A program made the translations under genes and the position numbers. This document shows positions 1-8,779 of a stretch of 32,000 nt of DNA, in pieces (the stretch's first letter is position 1; every line of letters begins with the position of its first letter). This DNA comes from Breznakia blatticola. Its GTDB lineage: Bacteria; Bacillota_I; Bacilli_A; Erysipelotrichales; Erysipelotrichaceae. A model generated the notes under the pieces. That model had not been told where the DNA came from. It saw only the letters and a list, made by a program, of their open reading frames with translations, and searched no databases. Location of the stretch: assembly GCF_004365815.1 (NCBI RefSeq), contig NZ_SODD01000006.1, positions 38,929 to 70,928 of the forward strand, read 5' to 3'.

Positions 1-421
1 TGTGAATCTCTTCATCAGAATATACAGAGAAGATACGCTCTAAGATTATACTATGTTCATCATATACTTTGCCAAAATAGCTGCTTGCTACATCTGTCAG
101 ATGAATTGAGACCATATTACCTTTACCCGGTTTTACTTCAACAAATCCATTCTTTTCAAGAAGTGTAACTAACTTTTTAATATTTTGTCTAGAACTTCCA
201 AGTAATTCACCAAGCTGTGTATACGATGGTGCATGTTTCGCATGGCGAATCATTGCCAATACCATAAACTGTTTCAATGTAATTTGTGTATCACTTTTAT
301 CGAATATCGTTTGTAAACGATTTTGTAGAATCGAAATACTTGAAAACACACCACGTATTTCTTTTACTCGATCTCCTTCATATTCATTAATTAATGTTTG
401 TATATCCACTGTATCCACCAT
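1..421 (-). CDS. MarR-family transcriptional regulator (C-terminus runs off the left edge)
   Basis: Manual translation from the ATG at 421 gives MVDTVDIQTLINEYEGDRVKEIRGVFSS...TLKQFMVLAMIRHAKHAPSYTQLGELLGSSRQNIKKLVTLLEKNGFVEVKPGKGN, a winged-HTH pattern typical of MarR. The SD AAGAAGGGA lies just upstream. It is absent from the ORF track because no stop codon falls in the window. Confidence 0.8.
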   Translation of the reverse strand, partial: MVDTVDIQTLINEYEGDRVKEIRGVFSSISILQNRLQTIFDKSDTQITLKQFMVLAMIRHAKHAPSYTQLGELLGSSRQNIKKLVTLLEKNGFVEVKPGKGNMVSIHLTDVASSYFGKVYDEHSIILERIFSVYSDEEIH

Positions 422-431
422 TCCCTTCTTC

Positions 432-481
432 TTTACATTATAGTAACCAGTTGCTATAATGTAAACGGTAACTGGTTACCA
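432..481. promoter_or_regulatory. Palindromic face-to-face divergent promoters plus a putative MarR operator
   Basis: Plus strand: TTTACA (432-437), 17 nt, TATAAT (455-460). Minus strand: TTTACA (465-460), 17 nt, TATAAT (442-437). Positions 432-465 form a palindrome with 12-bp arms. GTAACCAGTT (443-452) is repeated inverted as AACTGGTTAC (470-479), and GGTAACTGGTTACC (467-480) is itself palindromic. Confidence 0.55.
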
Positions 482-494
482 TAGGAGGTTCGAA

Positions 495-1364
495 TTGAAT
501 AAAACATTAAAATATTTAGTATTCGCTATAGTTGTTCTTACAATACTCGCTACAGGTATTGGGCTTTTATCAAATACAGTGTACGAACAAACAAACATGA
601 CATCAGTCAATGGTGCAACGATTTCATTATATGGAAAAGGAATTTATCACAACGATTCGATAAGCATTGCAGCACAAGCAAAAGGTCAAGATTTAACTAC
701 ATTGCTTATAGCGATTCCATCATTAATCGCAGCAACATATTATACATACAAAAAATCAATTGCTGCTAAACTTGTTTTAGCTGGAGTGCTTGCATATTTT
801 CTTTACTCATACATATCGTATGTATTTCTAGCACAATATAATCCTTTATTTATCGTTTATATTGCTCTTATGGGATTATCTTTTTTTGCTTTCACAATAT
901 GTATTACTTCTCTTGATAGCAACAAAATAAAACAAATAATGCCTTCATCATTTCCTAGGAAGAAACTTGCAGTATTTCTTATTTTCTTTTCAATCATGAT
1001 GATGTTTCGTTCTCTATCAATTATTATTCCAACGATCACCAGTAATATCATCCCTGTTGAATTAGAACACTACACATCTTTAGTTATCCAAGCCATGGAT
1101 CTATCCATTTTACTGCCTTCTGCATTACTTGGTGGAATATTACTATATAAAGATAAACCACTAGGTTATGTAATATCTATTGTGATCATCATTAAGTTTA
1201 CACCATTAGGTGTAGCTATTTTAGCTATGTTGGCTTTTATGGCAAATGCAGGTGCAGTCGTAAAACTTAGTGAAGTCATTTTGTTCTCAATCATTGGAAT
1301 TACGCTTATATTTGTCTTATTGGTAGTTCTTAAAAACTTAAAAAACTTACATAAAAGAATTTGA
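495..1364 (+). CDS. Polytopic integral membrane protein, function unknown
   Basis: 289 aa ORF with a TTG start 6 nt after the SD AGGAGG (484-489). It has about 8 hydrophobic segments and sits divergent from marR. Confidence 0.7.
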   Translation: MNKTLKYLVFAIVVLTILATGIGLLSNTVYEQTNMTSVNGATISLYGKGIYHNDSISIAAQAKGQDLTTLLIAIPSLIAATYYTYKKSIAAKLVLAGVLAYFLYSYISYVFLAQYNPLFIVYIALMGLSFFAFTICITSLDSNKIKQIMPSSFPRKKLAVFLIFFSIMMMFRSLSIIIPTITSNIIPVELEHYTSLVIQAMDLSILLPSALLGGILLYKDKPLGYVISIVIIIKFTPLGVAILAMLAFMANAGAVVKLSEVILFSIIGITLIFVLLVVLKNLKNLHKRI

Positions 1365-1527
1365 TATTTTCGTGAAGATGTTTGGGATAGATTTGTAACA
1401 TTGAGACAATTTCTTTTCCATAAATTTTTGAATTATACATAAAAAAACTATCATTTTCCCAATGTTTTTGAACTATACTTCAAAAACTTATGAGATGTGT
1501 TATACTATCAATGAGAGGTGATTTCCA

Positions 1528-2730
1528 ATGATAAAACGACCAATATATTTAAATTGGCTGATTCAGTCTAAAGATAATGAGTTTGTAAAAGTGATTACTG
1601 GAGTTAGAAGATCTGGTAAATCTGTTCTTTTAAGTTTATACAAAGACTTTTTAATTGAGACAGGAATCAACACCAAAAACATTATATATTTGAATTTCGA
1701 GCATCCCGACAACTTTAAATTCAATGACTCTACACTACTTTATGAGTATCTACAAGAAGCAGTAAGTAATCGCAAAGGTAAAATTTATTTTATGTTTGAT
1801 GAAATTCAAGAAGTACATAATTGGCAAAAACTAGTGAATGGTCTTCGTGTTGCCTTTGATTCAGATATTTACATTACTGGTTCTAATGCCAATTTACTTT
1901 CGGGAGAATTAGCAACATATCTTGCCGGAAGATATATTGAATTACAAGTTTATCCATTTTCGTTCAAAGAATTTAAGCAGTATCACGATATATTAAATCA
2001 AAACAGTGCTATAGATATCGATCATTTATTTAATGAATATCTTGAATGGGGCGGATTTGCTATGTTGCAAAGTATTCAGGACAAAACAATTAAATCTGAT
2101 ATACTTGATGGAATCTATACCAGCATTATCTTAAAGGATGTTGCCGCCCGTGATCAAATAAGAGAGATTAGTTTGCTAGAACGTCTTGTCAATTATTTAC
2201 TAGACGTGATTGGATCAAAAGTTTCTATTAAGAAAATTGCTGACACACTAAATTCTGAAGGTTTAAAAACTAGTTCTAATATTATTGATAAATATATTAA
2301 ACTTTTAAAAGATTCTTTTGTTTTTTATGAAGCCCAACGTTATGATATTCGTGGTAAACAAAGACTAAAAACGCAAGCAAAATATTATATCGTTGACACT
2401 GGTTTACGAAATAATTCACTAAAAAGAGTTGGTAATTTAGGCTCTCAGTTGGAAAACATAATTTATATTGAACTAAAACGAAGAGGATATGAAGTTTTTG
2501 TAGGAAAACTAGATGATAGCGAAGTTGATTTCGTATGTTTTAAAGATGGTTTGGTTGAATATTATCAAGTTGCTTATCAGTTACCTCAAAACGATACACG
2601 CGAACAAAAATCCTTATTGCATATTGCAGACAACTACAAGAAAACGATTATAACACTAAATCGCATGGATACAGGAATAGTTGATGGAATACCCGTCATT
2701 CACGCTATCGATTGGTTACTAAATAATTAA
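1528..2730 (+). CDS. AAA+ ATPase of the AAA_14/DUF4143 family (COG1373-like)
   Basis: Walker A GVRRSGKS, Walker B-like IYFMFDEIQ, and a C-terminal SEVDFVCF...YYQVAYQL segment typical of this family. The SD GAGGTG lies upstream. Confidence 0.85.
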   Translation: MIKRPIYLNWLIQSKDNEFVKVITGVRRSGKSVLLSLYKDFLIETGINTKNIIYLNFEHPDNFKFNDSTLLYEYLQEAVSNRKGKIYFMFDEIQEVHNWQKLVNGLRVAFDSDIYITGSNANLLSGELATYLAGRYIELQVYPFSFKEFKQYHDILNQNSAIDIDHLFNEYLEWGGFAMLQSIQDKTIKSDILDGIYTSIILKDVAARDQIREISLLERLVNYLLDVIGSKVSIKKIADTLNSEGLKTSSNIIDKYIKLLKDSFVFYEAQRYDIRGKQRLKTQAKYYIVDTGLRNNSLKRVGNLGSQLENIIYIELKRRGYEVFVGKLDDSEVDFVCFKDGLVEYYQVAYQLPQNDTREQKSLLHIADNYKKTIITLNRMDTGIVDGIPVIHAIDWLLNN

Positions 2731-2736
2731 GAAAAA

Positions 2737-2774
2737 GTGATAAACACATGTATTTGTGTCTATCACTATTTTTG
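2737..2774. terminator. Bidirectional intrinsic terminator between the convergent ATPase and tsaD genes
   Basis: GTGATAAACACA (2737-2748) pairs with TGTGTCTATCAC (2755-2766) with 1 mismatch. It is flanked by an A-run (GAAAAA) and a T-run (TATTTTTG). Confidence 0.6.
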
Positions 2775-3782
2775 TATATCCATAACTTTTAATGATGGTT
2801 TTGCACTTTGACTAAAATCACCAAATGCTTCATTTTTATATGCGAAGTATCCAGCAACTGCAACCATTGCTGCATTATCCGTACAAACCCATAATGGTGG
2901 AAGAATCAGTTCTTCTTTACGATCTTTGAATGCTTCATCCATCTTTTCACGCAAACGAGAGTTAGCAGCAACTCCACCTGCTAGTAACACCTGATTTACT
3001 TCTACTGTATCAATGGCTTTTACTAGTTTATCCATGATCTCATTAAGTGCAGTTTCTTGGAAACTTGCAGCTAATGTAGCATCATCATATGTTTCCCCTT
3101 TACGTTTGCAGCGATCCACAAACTGTAAAACCCCACTTTTTAAACCACTAAAGCTTAAATCGAATTCACCTTGTGTTTTTGGTTGTGGAAGTTTATATAA
3201 AGATTCAACACCTTTTGCCAGTTTATCAATCTTTGGTCCTCCAGGGTATCCAAGATGTAATACACGAGCAACTTTATCATATGCTTCACCGATTGCATCA
3301 TCTTGTGTTTGTCCTAATATTTCATATGAATTATCATCTTTCATATACACGATTTCAGAGTGACCTCCACTTACAACGAGTGCAAGTAGTGGAAACTTTA
3401 AATTCGTAATTAGATTATTGGCAAAGATATGCGATTTAATGTGGTGAATTGGCAAAAGTGGTTTATGATATGCCCAAGCTAATGTTTTTGCAGCTTGTAC
3501 ACCTACATGTAAACTACCAATTAAACCAGGCCCACGTGTATAGGCAATGGCATCTACATCGGCTACAGAGATTCCTGCTTTTTCAACAGCTTCATCAATT
3601 ACTGCAGATATTTGTTCAACATGTAAACGACTTGCCACTTCTGGTAAGACTCCACCAAATTTCTCATGGACTTCAATTTGTGTTGCAACCACATTACTTA
3701 GAATCTCTTTTCCGTTTCTAACAATGGCACAAGCACTTTCATCACATGATGATTCAATAGCTAATATTGTGATATCTTTCAT
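2766..3782 (-). CDS. tsaD: tRNA N6-adenosine threonylcarbamoyltransferase TsaD
   Basis: ILAIESSCDESA, HHIKSHI, SGGHSE and GGVAANSRLR motifs. The ATG at 3782 follows the SD AGGTGA. The ORF track extends to a GTG at 3791, which is the alternative start. Confidence 0.95.
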   Translation of the reverse strand: MKDITILAIESSCDESACAIVRNGKEILSNVVATQIEVHEKFGGVLPEVASRLHVEQISAVIDEAVEKAGISVADVDAIAYTRGPGLIGSLHVGVQAAKTLAWAYHKPLLPIHHIKSHIFANNLITNLKFPLLALVVSGGHSEIVYMKDDNSYEILGQTQDDAIGEAYDKVARVLHLGYPGGPKIDKLAKGVESLYKLPQPKTQGEFDLSFSGLKSGVLQFVDRCKRKGETYDDATLAASFQETALNEIMDKLVKAIDTVEVNQVLLAGGVAANSRLREKMDEAFKDRKEELILPPLWVCTDNAAMVAVAGYFAYKNEAFGDFSQSAKPSLKVMDIQK

Positions 3783-3783
3783 C

Positions 3784-4224
3784 TTATTCACCTACTAACA
3801 TAACTCCCATAATACGGGCATCCTCTGTGGGATCTTTGTAATAATTCTTACGTATATCAATTTCAATAAAGTCAAGTTTCTCATAAAATGAGATTGCTTT
3901 AGCATTACTGTCTCTTACTTCTAAAAATACATGTTCGACTTCTTCATCTAAATGTTCAAACATGAATTCCATCAACTTCTCGCCGATTCCTCTTCTTTGA
4001 TATGCTGGATCTATGGCAATCTTGCACAATTGTGCACTATCAAAGGTAATCCAGTAATCAATGTAACCAACAACTTTACCATTGTCTTTGTATACATATA
4101 AGTTTGCAACAGGACTGTCTTCAATTTCATATGTATAGTTTTCTAATGTGTAAGGTGAACTAAACACGCTACACTCAATTGCAAGCACTTCTGGTAAGTC
4201 ATTTATTGTCATTTTCTCAATCAT
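3784..4224 (-). CDS. rimI: Ribosomal-protein-alanine N-acetyltransferase (GNAT)
   Basis: GNAT motif QRRGIGEKLM, 146 aa, located between tsaB and tsaD as in the ydiB-ydiE-type operon. It overlaps tsaB by 4 nt. Confidence 0.9.
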   Translation of the reverse strand: MIEKMTINDLPEVLAIECSVFSSPYTLENYTYEIEDSPVANLYVYKDNGKVVGYIDYWITFDSAQLCKIAIDPAYQRRGIGEKLMEFMFEHLDEEVEHVFLEVRDSNAKAISFYEKLDFIEIDIRKNYYKDPTEDARIMGVMLVGE

Positions 4225-4802
4225 TTGAGATATGCACTTTCTTCTTTTAGATATGTTGGAATGAGCGCATGAATATGTTCTACCTTTTGGTAGAATGGAC
4301 GTAAATCCTTAAAGTTTTTTACAAAATCAGGAATAATATCAAGACTACCAATTAAACTTGCATCACCAACGATTTGCCCACCCAACTCTTTGACTTCATC
4401 GACAGTTTTAATACCTTCTTCATGCATCTTTCCATCTTTATAACGACCATAATACACACGGTTACTTCTAGCATCTAAGATTACATGAACATCGTCAAGT
4501 CCTGCATATAACTGCAAAGTAGATATTGTGTAAAGTGTTTTATTCATACTAGAAGTAAATACTTTAGCAATACTCATAGCAATACGAATTCCAGTATAAC
4601 TTCCTGGACCTACTGTAATTACAACTTCATCAATATCTTCAGATTGCCAGTTTACACTTTCCATTAAACTGATTAACTCTACGAATATACTTTCGCTTTG
4701 TTTTTTCCATGCATATTCACTGTAGCTTGCAACAACTTCATCATTTTCCATTAATACTAGATTTAAATAACGATGACTTGTATCCATACATAAGGTTTTC
4801 AT
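4221..4802 (-). CDS. tsaB: tRNA threonylcarbamoyladenosine biosynthesis protein TsaB
   Basis: N-terminal MDTSHRYLNLVL and VVITVGPGSYTGIRIAMS are characteristic of TsaB/YeaZ. Confidence 0.9.
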   Translation of the reverse strand: MKTLCMDTSHRYLNLVLMENDEVVASYSEYAWKKQSESIFVELISLMESVNWQSEDIDEVVITVGPGSYTGIRIAMSIAKVFTSSMNKTLYTISTLQLYAGLDDVHVILDARSNRVYYGRYKDGKMHEEGIKTVDEVKELGGQIVGDASLIGSLDIIPDFVKNFKDLRPFYQKVEHIHALIPTYLKEESAYLK

Positions 4803-5242
4803 TACAACACCTCTTCTATTTCTTGGTACTTCTTTCCAATTCCACTCACTTGAAACAAACGGTCTTCACCATCAAGTGCAATATGAATCTCTAAGCGTTC
4901 AGATGGTAATACATCGTTGATGTAGTCATACCATTCCACGACTTTAATACCATTCTCATCAAATACTTCTTCAAAACCTAAGTCTTGTTGAATACCTTCC
5001 AAACGGTAAGCATCAATATGATATAACATAGGTTCTCCATCATAGATTTTAAGTATATTAAATGTTGGCGAAGTAATCACATCATCAATACCAAGTGCTT
5101 TTCCAAGCGCTTTGGTAAATGTCGTTTTCCCTGCTCCTAAATCTCCAGCCATACATATCAATCCATCACCTTCTAGCAATGTAGCAATTTTATTGGCTAA
5201 AGCATTTGTTTCTTCTATTGATTTTACTCTTACTGTTTTCAT
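4802..5242 (-). CDS. tsaE: tRNA threonylcarbamoyladenosine biosynthesis ATPase TsaE
   Basis: Walker A GDLGAGKTTFTK and SPTFNI, HIDAYRL motifs. It overlaps tsaB by 1 nt. Confidence 0.9.
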   Translation of the reverse strand: MKTVRVKSIEETNALANKIATLLEGDGLICMAGDLGAGKTTFTKALGKALGIDDVITSPTFNILKIYDGEPMLYHIDAYRLEGIQQDLGFEEVFDENGIKVVEWYDYINDVLPSERLEIHIALDGEDRLFQVSGIGKKYQEIEEVL

Positions 5243-5254
5243 GTGTATTCCTCA

Positions 5255-6463
5255 CTATCCATTCAATGCATGTTTTCGTTTTTCATACATTGTGTGACTT
5301 AATTTATACAATAGTGTATTTCCTGGTAAGTCAAACTCACCAATTAATTCGTTAATCATTGGGTTAAAATTACGTTTGAACTTTGTAAGTCCATCTTGTA
5401 ATGAGCCATCAATGCCACCCATGTTACATGTTTTTGCCACATGTGTAAAGCACATTGCCATAGATTCATACCATGTTGCATATGGCGCCATATAGCGTTT
5501 AAATTCATCATTCATTCCTGCGTATAGTATTTCACTTGTATGTCCATACATCACAACTAGCGTACCAGCAATATACACATGTGTTCCATATACTTCAAGC
5601 CAGTGTTCTAACTCTTTACATTCACGACTTAATGATGCATCTAACTCTTCTAATGTGAAACGCTTTTTCTTTGCATTCTCTGGACAATTTGCTAGATCTT
5701 CAATATTTTTATCATGTCTAGCTTTTGTTGCTGCATAGATACTTTCCAAATCGAGTGATGCCATCATCAAAAAGGCATCATCTTTATATACATCAAGTAG
5801 TTTTCTAAAGTATGATTCACCACGCAAAGCAATTTGTTTGCGCTCAGTTGTAAGATCCATTAGTTTACTAAATTCTCCTACTTTTTCTACACCACATTTT
5901 TCTACTTTTACTTGTTTTTTAGCAGCAGTTGCTAGCATTTTTTTAGTACTCTTTGAAAATGTCTCAGGATCAAATTCACTTTGATATACATTGGCTTGAA
6001 ATCTTGGTTGAATTGTTGAAGACATATCTTTTGAAAATCCTTGATGAATAAGTCCTGCTTTTTTTGCATTCTTCATAATTTTATCAATATTGGCTTCTAC
6101 TTGTGGCTGTTCACCCAAGTGAAAATCTTGATAGTGAATAGCTGGATCCATCTTTACAAATAAACAGCGTTTCTTTTTAGCAAATTTACGTAATTCTTGA
6201 AAGAAGTATGTAACTAAGCGCTCATCTGTATAATCTAAAATTGGTCCACGAGGTGTATACATCATCGTAAATCCTAATGGAAGTTGTTTAATTAGTACTA
6301 GTGATGAAGCAACCAGTGTTTTATCATCAAAAACACCAACAAAGACATGATCCCAATTTTCTTTTACTTTTGCCCATGAAGCAGACTGCAGTAAATTACA
6401 AAGCTCATGATTTTTTACAAACACATCATGTGTGATTGCATCAATTTGTTTAAACTGATACAC
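5255..6463 (-). CDS. FemAB-family peptidoglycan interpeptide-bridge aminoacyltransferase (FemX/MurM-like)
   Basis: 402 aa. The N-terminus HDVFVKNHELCNLLQSASWAKVKENW and the coiled-coil insert match the FemABX/MurMN pattern. Confidence 0.85.
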   Translation of the reverse strand: MYQFKQIDAITHDVFVKNHELCNLLQSASWAKVKENWDHVFVGVFDDKTLVASSLVLIKQLPLGFTMMYTPRGPILDYTDERLVTYFFQELRKFAKKKRCLFVKMDPAIHYQDFHLGEQPQVEANIDKIMKNAKKAGLIHQGFSKDMSSTIQPRFQANVYQSEFDPETFSKSTKKMLATAAKKQVKVEKCGVEKVGEFSKLMDLTTERKQIALRGESYFRKLLDVYKDDAFLMMASLDLESIYAATKARHDKNIEDLANCPENAKKKRFTLEELDASLSRECKELEHWLEVYGTHVYIAGTLVVMYGHTSEILYAGMNDEFKRYMAPYATWYESMAMCFTHVAKTCNMGGIDGSLQDGLTKFKRNFNPMINELIGEFDLPGNTLLYKLSHTMYEKRKHALNG

Positions 6464-7004
6464 GTCGATTCCTCCATTCTTCTTTCATAATGAGATATTT
6501 ATTATACAATCTCTCAATTTCACGATGATCAAAAGGTGATTCTTTTCGATCAATTCGTTGCTGTAAATCTCTTAATTCTTTCCAAATCACAGTATCTAAT
6601 TCTTTGGAATAATGCATCTTAGCACCATGTTCTTCATATTCATCTTCATCAAGTAAGGTTTGTTCGTAAGTGTTACTTACTTTGATATCTAAATCATAGT
6701 CAATATTTTTGATAGCTTCCCCATCATAAATACTTGGACTGGCTAAGTTACAATAGTAAAACACACCATGCTTACGAATCATACTAATGACATTATACCA
6801 ATGGTTTGGATAGAAAAAACAAATTGCTGGTTCTCTAGTTAACCATTTACGTCCATCAGCTTCCACTACATAGGCACGATCAGTTATCGCAACAATTCTA
6901 TCTTTATTAGATTCTATGACAAAAGCTTTCGACCATGTGCGGTGAATACTTCCGTCATGTTTATAGCTTTGGATATATACATACTCATTTTCTTTTGGTA
7001 ACAT
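6450..7004 (-). CDS. DUF402 / UPF0374 nucleoside tri-/diphosphate phosphatase (Ntdp-like)
   Basis: 184 aa. YKHDGSIHRTW...NIDYDLD resembles the Staphylococcus/Bacillus YgaC-Ntdp family. Confidence 0.75.
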   Translation of the reverse strand: MLPKENEYVYIQSYKHDGSIHRTWSKAFVIESNKDRIVAITDRAYVVEADGRKWLTREPAICFFYPNHWYNVISMIRKHGVFYYCNLASPSIYDGEAIKNIDYDLDIKVSNTYEQTLLDEDEYEEHGAKMHYSKELDTVIWKELRDLQQRIDRKESPFDHREIERLYNKYLIMKEEWRNRRVSV

Positions 7005-7098
7005 ACTTCACTTCCTAACTGATTTATTATACCACTAACAACATCATATTTCACTGTTATATCTATACAAGAAATTTGATTTGTTGTAGTATACCTAT

Positions 7099-7551
7099 AT
7101 GGAAAAGAATTTACTACTCGCACAATTTCGTGCAATCACAGAAGACATCACTGAAGAAATATCGCTTTTAAGTAATGCAAGTGCATGTATGATGCAATTA
7201 CTTGAAGATATTAGTTGGGTTGGCTTCTATTTATATAAACATGACAATTTGATTTTAGGGCCTTTTCAAGGAAAAGTTGCATGCACAAACATTGCAATGA
7301 ATAAAGGTGTTTGCGGAACAAGTGCATACAAACAAGAAACACTTGTAGTTGAAGATGTCCACAAATTCCCAGGACATATCGCTTGTGATAGTGCTTCAAA
7401 CTCAGAAATTGTTGTCCCTATTATTGTCAATGATACACTTTATGGTGTACTTGATGTAGACTCTACAAGCTTTGCACGATTTAAAGAAGACGAAAAAGAA
7501 TTATTTGAAGGATTTGTTGAAATTCTTGTCAACCAACTTGAACAACTATAA
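7099..7551 (+). CDS. msrC: GAF-domain free methionine-(R)-sulfoxide reductase (fRMsr/MsrC family)
   Basis: 150 aa. It carries three conserved Cys contexts (GKVACTNI, KGVCGTSA, PGHIACDSAS) and the SEIVVP motif. Confidence 0.8.
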   Translation: MEKNLLLAQFRAITEDITEEISLLSNASACMMQLLEDISWVGFYLYKHDNLILGPFQGKVACTNIAMNKGVCGTSAYKQETLVVEDVHKFPGHIACDSASNSEIVVPIIVNDTLYGVLDVDSTSFARFKEDEKELFEGFVEILVNQLEQL

Positions 7552-7554
7552 AAG

Positions 7555-7605
7555 AAACCAGAAATGATTACGTGTTATACACATTCTCATTTCTGGTTTT
7601 ATTTT
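7555..7605. terminator. Bidirectional intrinsic terminator (convergent msrC and AAC(3)-like gene)
   Basis: A perfect 13-bp stem, AAACCAGAAATGA (7555-7567) with TCATTTCTGGTTT (7587-7599), followed by TATTTT. Confidence 0.7.
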
Positions 7606-8414
7606 GAATAAAAGTAAGCTTTCGATAAACTTAGTGCTTCTTTGGCACTAAAGAAACGACATCTTGCTCGTGAAATCAAAGTTTCATTAACAATTTGACG
7701 TTCTTCTAGTATATCTTCGATATCCCGTATATTAATAGGTTCATATGCATAATCTAGCATTTGCATGAACCCTTTTTTTCCTTTGCGATCTAATGGACTT
7801 GATACAATTCGAATCGGTGTATTTTCATCATTGATTCTAGCAGCCTTAAATATATCTGCCCCCTCATATTTCATCCCTAGCAATAAAACATATCCATTTA
7901 ATTCTGCCATTCTTTGAATCGGTGAATTTGACTGTAATGGAAAGTGTAATAGTTGTTTATCACATAGTAGTTTCGCATATTTTCCCCATGCAACAAACGA
8001 ATGTGTTGGATGATTGGAACGATATACTCCATCATGCATCATCATCTGGTTAGCAAGTTGATTTCGTGATTGCGATAACTTTTTATTAAATGCCGGTATT
8101 GATTCACGTAAAACTTCAACTTGATATGGTTTACACGCACGTGAATCACGATTTAATGGATCCACATTATCCAGAGTAAAGCTACTTGTCATAAAGGTAC
8201 CTTCATATCCAAGGACTTCTTGTAAGGCTTCAATGATACTACGATTGCCACCAACAACATATGAAAAATATTCCAATGCGCTTTGGACGTAGACGACCAT
8301 TCCTTTTTGCAAACCAAGCGTACGAAAATGTTCCACTAAATCATCTTTTGTGATTACATTTTCACCAATTAGTTTCCGCTCAGAATCCCTTGTGATATTA
8401 ACCATTGTTTCCAT
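7599..8414 (-). CDS. AAC(3)-family (YokD-like) aminoglycoside N3-acetyltransferase homolog
   Basis: 271 aa. ITKDDLVEHFRTLGLQKGMVVYVQSAL, RSNHPTHSFVAWGK and GYVLLLG align with the B. subtilis YokD/AAC(3) pattern from memory. A strong SD AAGGAG lies 8 nt before the ATG. Confidence 0.8.
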   Translation of the reverse strand: METMVNITRDSERKLIGENVITKDDLVEHFRTLGLQKGMVVYVQSALEYFSYVVGGNRSIIEALQEVLGYEGTFMTSSFTLDNVDPLNRDSRACKPYQVEVLRESIPAFNKKLSQSRNQLANQMMMHDGVYRSNHPTHSFVAWGKYAKLLCDKQLLHFPLQSNSPIQRMAELNGYVLLLGMKYEGADIFKAARINDENTPIRIVSSPLDRKGKKGFMQMLDYAYEPINIRDIEDILEERQIVNETLISRARCRFFSAKEALSLSKAYFYSK

Positions 8415-8764
8415 TCATTAGGCTCCTTACTATACTCGTATACTCCATCACTTACAACTTCACCAGAACGTATATGAAACATTACTGGCCAACTATCATA
8501 TCCAGATAAGGCATGTTCTAGTTGGTTTTCAAATGCATCATTTACATCCGTTTCATTAAACGTATATAGCACAACATTATTTTCTTTGAATTCATCGATA
8601 ATCAATTCTTCAAATTCTTGACACGCACTACTGCCATCGTAAGTTATCAATAACAGAAAATCTTCTCCATTATTGACCTTTTCTAAAATCTGCTCTTCAC
8701 CAATACTGACAAATGAATATTCATCTTTTTTTGACAGCCTGTGATAAGCATAAAACACACACAA
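8369..8764 (-). CDS. Hypothetical thioredoxin-fold-like protein without a CxxC motif (start uncertain)
   Basis: 131 aa ORF with only non-ATG starts available (TTG 8764 or GTG 8758) and no clear SD. The layout FLLLITYDGSSACQEFEELI...VVLYTF resembles redox-inactive thioredoxin-like accessory proteins. Confidence 0.45.
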   Translation of the reverse strand: MCVFYAYHRLSKKDEYSFVSIGEEQILEKVNNGEDFLLLITYDGSSACQEFEELIIDEFKENNVVLYTFNETDVNDAFENQLEHALSGYDSWPVMFHIRSGEVVSDGVYEYSKEPNEWKQWLISQGILSGN

Positions 8765-8779
8765 ACTATTCCAAATAGC

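Noticed and set aside
857-1051. A 64 aa minus-strand ORF inside the 289 aa membrane protein gene.
   Set aside because: It is a shadow ORF with no SD or promoter, antisense to a better-supported gene.
3013-3798. Four plus-strand ORFs (3013-3363, 3173-3409, 3449-3721, 3547-3798) antisense to tsaD.
   Set aside because: They lie entirely inside a highly conserved minus-strand gene. The translations are low-complexity (Leu/His/Gln/Ser-rich) with no SD, and are typical shadow ORFs of AT-rich coding DNA.
4709-5297. Short plus-strand ORFs (4709-4894, 5112-5297) over tsaB/tsaE.
   Set aside because: They are antisense to conserved genes and have no initiation signals.
6914-7399. ORFs 6914-7135 (minus) and 7211-7399 (minus) overlapping the DUF402 5' end, the intergenic region and msrC.
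   Set aside because: They overlap better-supported genes or promoters, and the peptides have no recognisable features.
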